Assembly (NCBI GenBank): GCA_010093605.1
Contig: MU004188.1
Coordinates: 251,673-315,672, forward strand
Source of the DNA: Lophium mytilinum
Taxonomy: Eukaryota
Length of the DNA: 64,000 bases
Reading direction: 5' to 3'
Positions 51,501 to 63,600 of the stretch are shown here, piece by piece. The notes under the pieces are model-generated. The model was not told the origin of the DNA, did not search any database, and saw only the letters and a list, made by a program, of their open reading frames with translations. The position numbers were made by a program, and so were the translations under genes. Position 1 is the stretch's first letter, and each line of letters opens with the position of its first letter.

Positions 51501-52411
51501 CGTGGGATAGGGGTGGCACCGTGAATCAAGACCACTTTGCCCTTCAGCGATCCCATGGGGATTGTAGCCTACACGTAATAGATTATTCCGCATACAAAGA
51601 TACGTTGCTTGACATCGTGAGAAGCTGCCTTGAACTATCCCTGAGCCTACTGCTGTGTCAGGTAGCTTGAATAATGAAAACCTTGGTAGCGGGCTGGCCC
51701 CGTAAATTGTGAATTTGGATTTATTTGCCATGATACCCCACATGACTATTCCACAGCGTACTGACAAATGAAAACAATGGGGACTCCTTTGCGAAAAAAC
51801 AAAGCTAAACCCTTTAAACTTTTGTTGTTGGAGACCGTAGCAAGAACACGGTGACTTTTCTGTAGTAAACGCTGAAACCGCGTCTCAACGGAGAAAATCA
51901 TCAAGGTTGTTTGTCACGAAAGCCATCCATCAAGCAAATTTCGAGGAATGCTAATGCTAAATAGCCTCGTCATGCTCGCAGCCAGCGTCGAGACAGGTTA
52001 TCGTGGGATAAGGGGAAGACGCGTCATTTAGAAATACCCTTCTGCGTTGGCTAAGTATTGGAACTACTGATACCAATATAGCCATGTTACATAGCTTCAG
52101 CATGTTCTAATTCGAAAACTGCTAGCGAATTCGAGTGGAAGGTCTCGATGGGCAGTGGAGTTGATGGGCTGGCTGATTAACGAGAGAGTTCCTGGTACTT
52201 CGTAGACGACGTTGGAAGAGAGTTCGAAGCTGGGACCACCACGCTCCTCAGACCAACGATCTACGACTCAGCATACTATCTGCTTTATTCTAACGCATGA
52301 CCTTCCAAGCTCCAGCTGCCTGCTCTGTAACTCAAGTATGCGATTTTAGCCATTGTGTACCGTTATGACCCGCCCTTCGCCCAGCGTGCCTCTCACACCT
52401 ACCTCAACAAA

Positions 52412-55033
52412 ATGCCTCCCCCGCTACCCCCCTCCTCTACCCTCCACACGATCCTCCTAGTCACCAAATCGCGCTCCCTCGGACCTCGCTTGGTCTTCCA
52501 CTACCCGCCAGCCTCTCCCTCCGCCGCGTCTCTAGCTGCGAACACCCCAGCTGCCTGGTATGGCACCGCGACCTCGACAAGCGACGATACCGACAGCACC
52601 TCTAGCGATTGGGACAGCAGCACCGAAGACGGCGCTGGTGATGACGAGGAAGTCGGAAGTCGTGCTAGCGGGAGTGGGCGCGCTGGTGGGTCTCGAAGCG
52701 TCCACAGCCATCGCACGCGGTTAACAGCCGGCGGGTTCAGGGCGTTAGAGGGCTTCGATGAGGACGACGACGGACTGGGAGATGACATGAACGGGGATAG
52801 CTCGAGGAAAGGCAATGGGATAGGCCGAGAAGGCAAAGCCGGGGGTAGGGCGGAGTGGGAGACTGTGCTGGGGTTCAAGATGGATGCGCTAGAGAAAATG
52901 CTGACCCCAGGCAAGTCATTCAATAAGAGGCGGTTCGAGCTGGGTGTAGAGGGGATCGTGTTCGTGGGTGCACCCATGTTTGTGAGGGAGGACGGAGGGT
53001 GGAAGAAAGGGAGGCGGTATGGGAATAAGGATATGCGCACGAAACTCGGCCAGGATGCGGTTGATAAAGCTAACGATTCGAAGGGTTACGACCAGGACGA
53101 GGGCGTGGATCTCGACGAGCCCGATTCTGAGAAGTTCGTGTACCCGGAGGGCTTCGAACCGGGATACGGGCATGGCTTGATGTCTGGAGCTGCATCTGGG
53201 GCAGTGTCCGAGGCGGGTTCGGATACCAGAAGTCAATCGACCAACGGGTCAACGCCTGATATGACTATGTTCAATATCGTCTTTGTGCTTAACCCTCCTG
53301 CATTGGAGTACCAGCTGCGAGTGAAGGAGATGTACGACAACGTGGTCAGAAAGTACGCAAAGGCCCTCAAATACGAGCAAGCAAAGTTTGATTACGTCTG
53401 GAAGGAATCCAAAAAGATAATGGCGATGAAAACAAGAGCTGTAGAGAATGGTAAGACGACAGTGGACATTCCTATTTGTAGGTTTGAAACTAATCACACT
53501 TTCTCTCTAGGAGACCCAATGTCATTAGCATGGCATAAGATCATAGCCAGCTCTCCTCTTGCGAAGTCTATTGCAACTATATACGATTCGATTTCCAACG
53601 ACAAGATAGCTCATGTTCACCTGGACGCTACCTTTGACACATCGTTCCAAATACCTCAGGCTGTGTCTACTCCATATATTCCCACCGCGATGGAACCACA
53701 AATGCCTGGCTTATGGCTAACGACCGCCAACATCGTCAATGAAGATGAGCCCGACCTCAACTTCACCCAGCATTACGCACTTCTACTCCTTGAAGACATT
53801 GAAACGCTTGTGAAAGAGCTTGAAGGAGACGCAAAGGATAACGCTATTGCCTTCTACATTCGTAGCGTTACTCCTACGAAGTCTCTCCATAAGCTTTCCA
53901 TAGCTCATTCGATTCCATCGCAGGATATTCAATACATCGCCGGTCACCTCGTGTATTGGCGCAGAGCACGCCTGATTCCTCCTCTCCATCAAAGAGATAC
54001 CTACATTGTTTCGCCGAATGCTGACATGCGAGCCCTGAAACAGGCTGTCTCAGCATACGCCACACGATTCTCAGCTCTACCATCTTTGCCAGAAATGTTG
54101 CATAAACTCTCAGGCCCACCTAGACCGTATGCCCACCATATTCCGAGTCCAGATCACCGACAGGTGTATATGGATATCCTGGCATGGCTCATGCGAGGAG
54201 GCTGGGTCACGCAACTGAGAACATTTGCGTGGGTTCGAGTGCCGGCAGAGATCAAAGCTCAGGTAGCTGCAATTATGGAGCGTGAAGCGTCTATGAAGAA
54301 AGCAGCAGAGATGGAGGCTACGCGACATAACGAAGACAACGACTCGATCGCTTCAGTGGGCGACTCTGTCCTATCTGGCGGCGAGACTGGACATGTGAAG
54401 AAGAGCTCTCTGCTCAGCGGGAACTGGCCAGCAACGCCACTCCGTCGATCGCCTCATAGTGAAGAGACGGAGGCCATGGACGCGTCAACCATCCTATCTC
54501 CGCGTTTGCAGCCTTATAGATCCCCGGCGCGCCCTTCGTCTGATGCTGGAAGTACGAGCAGCCGCATCACTACTGTCCCTGCAACTTCAAATGCACCTGT
54601 TGCCACCTCACCGCAATCGCAAAATCATCCACACCGCCCCTCACCGCTCCACTTCAACGCAGCAATACGTGAGTTGTCACCTTCATCCTCACGGCCCTCA
54701 GCACCTCCTAGTATCGTCTCGCCAACTATGGCGGGGCCCTTTTCGCCCTCGCAAGAGACAGCCGTGGAGTCAGCATCCTCAAAGTTCGAACCTAGTCTCA
54801 TTCTCTCGCCTCAAAAAGCAAATGAGATTGAAGCACGGTGGCTGGAACAAATCTGCGCGTCCTTTCGCGACCCGGACCTCCGAGAGATGTGGCCGACATT
54901 GCTCAAGTATTTCGATGGGAAACACGCGCTGGATGATGTTGCGTTGCGTGAGGGCTTGAAACGAAAGAGGATCGGGGCACTTATTGGGATGATTAGGGAA
55001 GGGGGATGGCTGTTGACGGTGAGGCATTGGTGA
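52412..55033 (+). CDS. NPR3: Nitrogen permease regulator 3 (SEACIT/GATOR1 subunit); intron 53451-53510
   Basis: ILLVTKSRSLGPRLVFHYPP, MFNIVFVLNPP, KALKYEQAK..YVWKES, HLVYWRRAR, WLMRGGWVTQL, YFDGKHAL, LLTVRHW*. Confidence 0.93.
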   Translation: MPPPLPPSSTLHTILLVTKSRSLGPRLVFHYPPASPSAASLAANTPAAWYGTATSTSDDTDSTSSDWDSSTEDGAGDDEEVGSRASGSGRAGGSRSVHSHRTRLTAGGFRALEGFDEDDDGLGDDMNGDSSRKGNGIGREGKAGGRAEWETVLGFKMDALEKMLTPGKSFNKRRFELGVEGIVFVGAPMFVREDGGWKKGRRYGNKDMRTKLGQDAVDKANDSKGYDQDEGVDLDEPDSEKFVYPEGFEPGYGHGLMSGAASGAVSEAGSDTRSQSTNGSTPDMTMFNIVFVLNPPALEYQLRVKEMYDNVVRKYAKALKYEQAKFDYVWKESKKIMAMKTRAVENGKTTVDIPICRFETNHTFSLGDPMSLAWHKIIASSPLAKSIATIYDSISNDKIAHVHLDATFDTSFQIPQAVSTPYIPTAMEPQMPGLWLTTANIVNEDEPDLNFTQHYALLLLEDIETLVKELEGDAKDNAIAFYIRSVTPTKSLHKLSIAHSIPSQDIQYIAGHLVYWRRARLIPPLHQRDTYIVSPNADMRALKQAVSAYATRFSALPSLPEMLHKLSGPPRPYAHHIPSPDHRQVYMDILAWLMRGGWVTQLRTFAWVRVPAEIKAQVAAIMEREASMKKAAEMEATRHNEDNDSIASVGDSVLSGGETGHVKKSSLLSGNWPATPLRRSPHSEETEAMDASTILSPRLQPYRSPARPSSDAGSTSSRITTVPATSNAPVATSPQSQNHPHRPSPLHFNAAIRELSPSSSRPSAPPSIVSPTMAGPFSPSQETAVESASSKFEPSLILSPQKANEIEARWLEQICASFRDPDLREMWPTLLKYFDGKHALDDVALREGLKRKRIGALIGMIREGGWLLTVRHW

Positions 55034-55608
55034 TTCAAGGTGTTTGAGATCGGGCACGTCTGATTGAGACTCCTTGAAAAGTTCTCTCTTTGATATAGAT
55101 GTTTAGTAGGATACCCATGATGCTGCTAAAAGCAGTCGAAATGTTTCACACTTCAGACATTCACATTGCCCAAGGAACAATTAATCTATGGAATCAATGC
55201 GGACTATAGCTATTCCAGATATCGAGTTGTTCTGCGATTGTGATATCCATTCGAATGAAGCTACTCCGTCCCTTCGCCGCCCTTGCCCCTCGCTGGAGAT
55301 AACAGGGCGTCCTAGAGTATAGATGCCATCAAGGTGATCGTGTCCCACAGACTCAGATGCATGAACAAGACATTCTCGAGATGACAGGCCGCTAACAGAC
55401 CCTGCGTCGAGCGGTCAAATCACAGCAGGAGTTGTCGATCTCCAAATCGGATCAGATCTGCAACCCCGGGCGCCACTCCCGCACTGACCAAACTCTAACG
55501 AAAGCGCAGCAAAAGTTGTAGCCATCAGACCACCACGAACAGCACTCCTCGAGCAACGCTACCAGCTACTCTGCCTTCAGAGAGCATTGCTAGAATACAC
55601 TTGCGATC

Positions 55609-56665
55609 ATGAGTTCTTTCGGCGGCCCTGGAGGAGGTCAGAAGGTCTTCAAGCCCACCCCGTATGTGTTTGTCCAGCAAGCATCCCACCCACCCCTCCA
55701 CCATGGCAGTCCATCACCACCCTCTCGCGTTGATCGCAGCCTCTTCCGGCTCAGTTGATGATTCCAAGTCGACATCGGAACAATTCAGCTGACCTCGTCC
55801 CCCATCGCAGACCTGAACGCGGATCCTTCCCACTCGATCACGACGGTCCGTACCTCCCCTCCTCATCCCAGAGACCACCCTTCTCCCTTGCCGTGCCCAA
55901 CAAAAGCCACCTCTTCACACCCTCTGAGACATGAATGATAGCAGACGGCAGCTGATACGACCCATTCCATAGGCGAGTGCAAGGCGATGATGACCTCCTA
56001 CCTACGCTGCCTGCGTTCGCACCGGGGGATGAACGACCCGGAATGCCGGGGGCTGTCCAAGTCCTATCTGCAATGCCGCATGGAACGGTACGTACCGATG
56101 CCACCTCTTTATCGCTCGCGTCGCTCTCGAGCTCCCACTGCCAACCGCTGGAAAGACCAACCAGCCCGCCACCCCCTTGCGTCCTCTTTGCCTGTGATAC
56201 CACCCTGTCACAATTAACCTTTTGGCATTCCACATCTGTCAAGTCTCAGCCGCAGCCCTTGCTGCCTCTCATCACTGCACCCTCAGCAAACCCGTCTCTG
56301 GTGGATGGGAAGGCTTGGGCGTGGATAGAGGCTGTAGGGAGGTTATCCCTTGCGTCCAGCAGACTTGAAACAAACCTTCCGTTGCACCGCTGCCGCTGCC
56401 GTGTGATCACTCGCTCGGCTTGTGCCGAGCACAGTCCACGTCCGCTACGCTCCACAATTAGCTCTTTTGTCTTCAGTATCTTCCGTCTGCACTGCTAACG
56501 CTAAGCCTCCTGGACAGCAACCTCATGGCGCCTGACTCAATGAAGAATCTCGGGTTCCAGGATCTGGATGCCGCGACCACACAGGACAAATCGCCGACTA
56601 CCACCTCGCAGCCCGGAAGTAGCAATACCGATGCGACCACACAGCCAACCTCCTCGTCGTCGTAG
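55609..56665 (+). CDS. COX19: Cytochrome c oxidase assembly protein Cox19 (twin CX9C), 4 exons; intron 3 56088-56517
   Basis: Spliced MSSFGGPGG..KPTP|PERGSFPLDHD|GECKAMMTSYLRC..ECRGLSKSYLQCRMER|NLMAPDSMKNLGF. Confidence 0.93.
56236..56436 (+). ncRNA. Candidate intronic box H/ACA snoRNA
   Basis: Long hairpin closed by TCAAGTCT/AGACTTGA, followed by AAACAA (ANANNA; ACA at 56370); second stem GCTCGGC/GCCGAGC followed by ACA at 56431; ends uncertain. Confidence 0.55.
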
Positions 56666-57574
56666 CGAAAGTCGCCGCCATGCACGATCGGAATGCCGCC
56701 CTGAAGCAGCATCTGCGCCGTACCCAGCGCCGGCTCCCTCGGGCGGGTAGGAGAACGAGCCGCCTACCCACTCCCTTCTCACGTTGCCCACAGACTCCAC
56801 CTCCACCTCGCATTCCTCAAGACCTCCCCACTCCGCGCCCCCCACCTCTCTTCAGCACAAAGAACACAGCCACGTCACATGTCTCCGTGTTACGGTACTA
56901 GTCGCCACCGCCCGCAACTTCCCTCCGCGTCCCACCGTGTCCCCTACCCACTGCTGTCGAGCAGTCCTGTCAATGAGTCACCGCGGCCGATTTTGCGCGA
57001 CGCGCCGTGAAGTACGCTGTGGTGGGTTTAAAAATAGCTTCTTCCCAAGGCGTACGAGAGTGGGTCTGGGCGCTGTGTCTAACGTTGTACGCTCAGCGTC
57101 CGCCGTTTCGGAAGGGCGTACCGTTGGCGTTGTTATCGATAGTAGGTGCCTCCCCCCAACCTCGCGGGATGTGCCGCTCGTGGTGGGTGTGCTCGATGAT
57201 GGACGCCTCAATCTACAATCAAAGACAGATCTTCAGGGGAGTGATCGAACGTGTTGGGATGAGGGCTGATGTATCAATATCTGTATACTATCTATCTGCA
57301 AAGAAAAAAAAGTGTATTGCAAGAAAGGCAACATATCTGCGTCTTTCGAAAATCTTAACTCCTAATGTTTGCAAGCATTACCCTACTCACCCCCCCTCCT
57401 CCCCACCCCCCGAAAAATTCTCCGACATCCCACCAAACGCCGCCAGCCTGACAGCTGCCGTCCCCCCCTCCCTTCCAGCGACCACGGCATCCCAACACCG
57501 CACCTGTCAACTGTCAGAACGCAAAAAAAAAAGCGGCGACCCACCTTAGCCCGTCTGCCGTGCCGTCCCCTCCC

Positions 57575-57676
57575 CTAGTAGATTCCCTGACCGACACTTT
57601 GTCGAACTTACGTGTATTCTACTATACGACAGCTTCAGGCAGTGTAGCCGGTGGGGTCTGTAACCCCTGCACAAAC
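57575..57676 (+). ncRNA. Candidate box H/ACA snoRNA
   Basis: Hairpin TAGTAGA/TCTACTA with internal loop, ATACGA H box, hairpin GCAG/CTGC, then ACA at 57671. Confidence 0.35.
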
Positions 57677-59051
57677 CCCCCCTGCCCGTCTGCCATGCTT
57701 GCGATCTTGCGTCGACGCCGTGGCCAGGATCTGGCAGCCCGCCCTCATGACGGAATGTAGTGCGCTGGCGCCTAGTAACGAGGGAAAGGGCCAGAGGTCG
57801 GAGGGCCGGGGACCGGTCGGTCCGCGGTGGGGAGGGGGGGGGCCGCCGGTGGTGCTGGGATGGCAGTGGTATGAGCAAGAGTGCTTTGGTGGGCTGGTTA
57901 CGATAGCTTGATGTGTGAGTTGTTTGCATAGGTGACAACGAGAGACTGGTTCAAGGCATCAGTGTGGGAGGTTGCTTTCATTCGAGTAAGTAACGTTGAG
58001 GTTATCATGCATGCATGCGATGAGTAGATGCAAGCGCGGCTCATCGCAACAACATCGGGAACAGGCACTCTCCCCTCAGAGACAGACATCGAACGCAAGA
58101 CAGCGGAGTCAACAAGTAGCACACGACATGAGTGGAGTAGAGTAAAGGCTTCAGTGGTAGATAGAATAGGTAGAACTCAATAGACGCGCAATAACCCCCC
58201 AAGAAACCCAGAAAAAACAAACCCCACAAAATGAAGATCCCCGTGCATACAAAAGCCCACTCGTATGCAGAAAAAGAAATTCCCACGAAACAAACCATAT
58301 GACCGAAATCAGCGGAAAGAAAAGAAAGAGAAGGGAAAGAAAACCCCTCACAGGGCAAAGCCAGCCCACCGATCCTGCTAAGCCCGAGATGAGTGAAACA
58401 ACAACCCCAAATTAGATAAAGAGTCAGAAGAGAATAGAAAGGGAATATGAAAGCCGACAAAAGAATCCTACAACGAGGAGTGAACGCCGGCCGCGGACTA
58501 GGACGACTCCTCGATGAAGCAAGGGGTCGACCAATGTCCCGGATATGCCCAGTGACAAACGCCGAGGTGCGCCAAGAGGGTGCTGAGGCTAACTCCTAGT
58601 GATGAAAGGAAAAGGAAAAGAAAGGAAAGGAAATGGATGGATGGATGGGTATGATGCAACGGATGCAAGTGTGCGAAGAGTCCCTCGCCTCCAAAAGCCT
58701 GGTATCCAGCCAGGCTATGCGGCGAAGATGATGAAAGGAAAGCGTGGGAGAGGGAAAGCCATGCAAGCATGCAGATTTGAGCAGAGAACAAGTTCCGTGA
58801 TGAAAATTGTTGCTTTCGTCCATGTCCCAAAAGAGATATCGGGAGGTTGTCATTGATATTCAAGAACACAATATGGCGGACAGCCTGACTCTCAGTCTCT
58901 TGTGCCTTCCCTACTCTAAAAATGGATCCTGATGCAAATGTGTGCGGGGTATCGTCGGGGTATCATGGCGCAAAATCGCATAAGCAAGAATGAGTGGCGT
59001 CGATGCGTGTAGCAGCGGATAAGATCGATGTATGTGAGATGAGTGCAGGAA

Positions 59052-60660
59052 TCAACCCATCTCCATGCCGTTGTATTCGTCTTCCTCCTTCAGACTGAAT
59101 GATCCGCCGCTGCTACCGCCTTGGTGATTCATCCAGAACTGGTCGCCGTTGCCCCCCGAGTTGTGCCCACTACCGCCGCTCTGCATGCCAGGGCTCAAGC
59201 TTTGTGGAGAGATTTGATGGATAGGCTCGCCAGCAATGTTGGTGTGCTTCGGTACACGTAGACCTGAACCAGGACCCCGAGAATACTTGAATGTGCTAGT
59301 ACCATTCTTCTCGACAGCATCGACAAGCTCGGTTCGCATGCGGCGTTCTTCTTCCGTCTCATCGGTGGGCCACTCTTGACCAGTCAACTGCTTCAGTTGA
59401 GCGCTCATCTCATCCGTCTCCTGGAGCTTCTTGTAAAGGAACCACATCAAGTCTCGAGTCCAGCTGACAGCGCCGTTGAGAATGTCTCCCTTGTTCGGGC
59501 CTTTGTCTTTCTCCTCGATCGGGAGCCCTTGCGTGATGTTTCCGGCGGCTCGTCTGCCACTTCCACCGGCTAGGAGTGAAGTAGCATGCGGCGGTGACAT
59601 TCCCGTTGCAGTGAGAGAGGGTGATAGTGGTCCGTTATTGCTGATGTGCTTACGGACTTTCTCGTCATCAAGGCGATGGGCTGGTACTAGTCTCGATAGA
59701 TCGTGGATTCTCTCGTTGATGTTGTCTCGTCGACGACGTTCGACAAGGTTATGTGACTCGCGTCGTCTACGCTTCTTCGCATCCTGTGATTGGCCAATGT
59801 CAACCTTAGTGGGCAGGGAAGCATGTTTTCCTGTACCGAGTACCTCAGAGATCTGCTGGTGATGGAGAGAGCCAGTGTGAGGTGACTGGTTTGGAGAGTC
59901 GATCCAAGAGTGAGCGCTGCCTGGGGTGTTGTCCCACTGGCTAGAGATGGATTTCTGGTGTCTGTGGCTCATGGCGTTTGCCATGATGGGCTGAGACGGA
60001 AAGCTGCCAGAGTCTGGAGTGCCAAGATGGAGTCCTCCTAGTGCTGGTGTCTTCGGCGACATGGGGCTTCGAGTATCGGAGCCGTTACGACTCATACCGC
60101 CAGGCATCTTAGCTCGAGCACGGGCGTTGATATCGAGCGATCCGTTCTGCATGCTTGGCGTTGGCATGCCTTGTTGGAAAGCCACTCGTTGCGGAGCTGA
60201 CTGGTACTGCGAGAAGTCGAAGTTGTTTTGCATGAAGGGAGACTGGATTGGTTGGTCGTCCGGGGTATGTGAGTAGATTTGCATATTCGGATGGCTCATC
60301 GACACACCGCCATTCGAAGTAGCAGGGTAGTAGCCGCCTTGGTTCTGGCCCATATTGTCTTGGTTTCCGTAATCGTTGAAACCTGATGGGCCAACGAGGT
60401 CGGCAAGTTCGTCGTCGGGAATACCTGCGTTTCCCTGCAGGTAGCTGGAACTCATGTTTGAGGTGCCATACTGTTGGCCTATAGAAAAGCTCCCGCTCAT
60501 GGTCAAGTCGGATGGATTAATGGCGCCGATATTGTCATGCGAGTTCCCGAACTGCTGACCAGGGAACTGCGGGTGCATGTCCAATCCGTTCTGGCCCATG
60601 AACCTCATCTCATCAAACTCCTCCTTGATGAATGGCTGGGGTGATCCGTTGCCGGTCATG
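59052..60660 (-). CDS. bHLH transcription factor, Rtg3/MiT-TFE-like; start may lie further upstream (ATG ~60998 via intron 60985-60772)
   Basis: KKRRRRESHNLVERRRRDNINERIHDLSRLVP...PNKGDILNGAVSW split HLH; N-terminal PFIKEE. Confidence 0.88.
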
Positions 60661-63600
60661 TTGATCCTGTTGGAGAACGAATACGGTTCGTCCGAAGGGT
60701 TGCCTAGACGAAGATCCCGCTTCGTGGACTTGGTGGGCCAATTGTAAGAATGATATGTGTTGATTGCGTCAGCTTGAGAGACGGTCAGCAGGACTCCTTC
60801 ACGCAACATGTTGAAGACGTTGATGCTTGTGTTGAGAAAAGGATGAAGGGGGTTGATGCAGACAGTGGTGTTGGGTCTTGATATGTATGGGATGGGCTGC
60901 AAGTGGACGGAAATAGACCTCGGGCGACTGTCGCATGACAATTCACTCTTCGGTACAGGGAAGGGATGCACGGAATAAAGACTTACAGGCCACTGGCATA
61001 ACTAGTTGAGGGTTGCAACAGCCCTTGGAATGTGGGCGTTAGACCCTGCCGCTGGGTCCCTGTGGACGATCTGAAACGATCTGTTCTTTGACCCAACCGA
61101 GTGACTACGGAATGCACGGTAGCAAGAGAGAGGGTGATTGCAGCACGAGACCGGTTCGTGACCATATAAGGGTTCGCAGAAGCAGTTTGTGTGGGTGTGC
61201 GGGCAGGCGGGCCGTGGCTCGCTTGGTGACAGGCAAAGGCTTTGTCTTCGGGTGGTGCTCGAGTTTGCTCTAAATCTGCATAAGAGACGTTAGGCCCGCA
61301 TTCTCTGTGCCCTTTTGCGCTCTGCACCGCGCTCCCAGAGAAGAAGTCAAGCTCACCAGACACAATTGTCTCAGCGGGCTGTGGTGCTCGTGCAATCTGG
61401 CCGACAAAATTGTTTCCACTGCACGCTTCACGAGGCAAATGGGCAAGGACTCCCAAGACACAGTCTGGCCGGCTGTACTGAAGGGCGCGGGAGAGAGCGA
61501 CTCTGGCAGAGGCGTGGTGCTACCGTCGAGGCGGGAGCTGCTCTCGGGGCCGGATGACGTTGAGCCGGTGGAGGTCGCGCAGAGGTAGGCAGACAAGGTA
61601 ATGCCGTGTGTCCCGTCAGGTGCGTTGCTCGTGGCTGCGGATCTGAGACGGTCTGGATAGGCAAATCTGTTAGCTGGGGTTCTGCACACAGAGATTCAAT
61701 GTCCAACGGCGCAAAGGCTGGTTGCATGTGAAGTGGCGCACAATACCACGGACAACGGGGAGCAGGGCGGACGGCGCAGCGCCTTTGGCGTGGTGGTTGG
61801 GTGCTACAGCGAGCGGGCCGGCGAGCGGTCGGTAGGGGCGTTACACGGGCGTGAGATAGTGCCTGTGAGGCTATTTTGGCCGTCGAGCGGTGAATTGAAA
61901 GCGTGCGCAACGCTCAAGCTCCAGGGCTCGCGCAGATGCGGCAGGTGAAGCAGTGAAAAGCAGCAGCGGACTCACCTCGAGGACAGCAAGCAAGACACGA
62001 TGCAGGCGCGGAGGGCAGGCCGACGGAGGATTGGCCGCTGAGGGGGGCCGGCGGCTAGGTGCTTCTGGCTGTCGGAGGAAGCAAACGAGACGAGTCGTCG
62101 GTGGTGTCGGGAGGGGTGGGTAGGACAGGTTTGCCGACTTCTTTGAGGTGGTTGACGCTGTCTTCGGGGCAGGGTGGTGGAGCGCTGGCCGGCGATGTGG
62201 TTCAATGGAGGGGCCCTGGGCTGTCTGTGTCACTCTCTGGGGTGGAAATATGTGACGATGGCGGGGGAGGGTCCGGGGTGTGCTCTCGGTGCTCGATCTG
62301 GCCTTGTCACTGCGGGTGAGGAGGATGCGCGCCGAGCCGGGATTGAGGTGCTTCCGTCGACAGAGTGAGAGTTGGGTAGGAGGGTACAGGAGGCTGAAGA
62401 GAGGGTTGCGGAAAAGGAGCTGGGAGAGCGGCGAGGTTTGTTCAGGCCAGCGTACGCAGCGAGGCGGTGGAGGAGTCGTGTGGGATGCTGGTGCTAAGAG
62501 AGCCCCGGCGACGAATGAGAGGCGGGCCGAGCACCGCAGTCTTTTTTCACGATGCGGCGCGAGCTGAGGGCACAAAGGCCGCCCGGGGTGCGACTGGCAA
62601 TGGCTGCCGCAGTGCCGTGGCTGCCGATGAGGGCTTCGCAGGCTGAATGGATATGCGCGGGTGCTTGGTGCTTGGGGCCTGGTGCGGAGGGCGCGGCTGT
62701 GACGTACGGGAGGATTATGCTTCAGAGTCGTCTGGATGCTGATGGGATGGGACGGACGGTAGGGAGTGATTATTCTATGCGGATGCGGAAGCTGATGCGA
62801 ACTGGCAGCACAAGAGGCGCTGGCCACGGCGAGGACATGGGCAGTTGATATAGCAGCCGCGCTGTGGCTCATTCACTGCTGCGAGGCCTCCACACCACGC
62901 AGGGCGGCCTCTTTGGTCACTTGCGGCGTGGATGGGTGCCCGAAGAGTCCGAAGAAGGGCAGGTCTCAGAACGCGCCGTGAGTCACCCTGGACTAGAGAT
63001 GGCAGCCGCGACAGCCTCCATTCTGCTTTCCCTGTGCATACCATTGCAGTATGGTGCAATATGGCGCCAGCAGAGAGGTTTAGGCCCGGCAGTGACTGCG
63101 TAATGCGCCTGAGACGGCCCGCTATTCTAGCTTACAGGCCACGACCCCGGCCTCAATTCACTCCCGACCGCGACGCCATCGTGAGCCCTGGGCCTTCACC
63201 ACCACACCTCCCGAACCTCCCACCCACCTCACTGCCACCCTCCACACCCTCTCGAACCCCCCGCCAGGCCAATCGACGCCTCGCACCCGCCACACGCGCC
63301 CCGACCTCCGCTGCCACTCCGCTGCCACACCCCGTGGCGAGCCCTCAGCCTCTTGGCGGCCTCCCCAAGTCGCACCTCGACCTAATCACAAGCCGCCTGC
63401 ACCGACCCTGCTGTCTAAGACCTGTCTTGCCGCTGCCATTGGACACCTGCCTCTGCTTCCAGGCGGAGATCATCTGCACGAAATCCTCCGTCCCGTCGCA
63501 AACCCACTGCTCGACCGCCGCTCTGCACCCTCCGTCCTGCACCACCGCCGCGCATCTGGGAGAGTAGGAACCACAGCTGCAGACGGCCCGTCTTCCGAAC

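Noticed and set aside
55755..55793. C/D box snoRNA in COX19 intron 1
   Set aside because: TGATGA and CTGA are under 40 nt apart and the CTGA is the branch point
56970..57270. U3, snR30, RNase MRP or SRP identity for the structured region
   Set aside because: U3 box A/A', snR30 m1/m2, MRP CR-I/CR-V and SRP helix-8 motifs were not found
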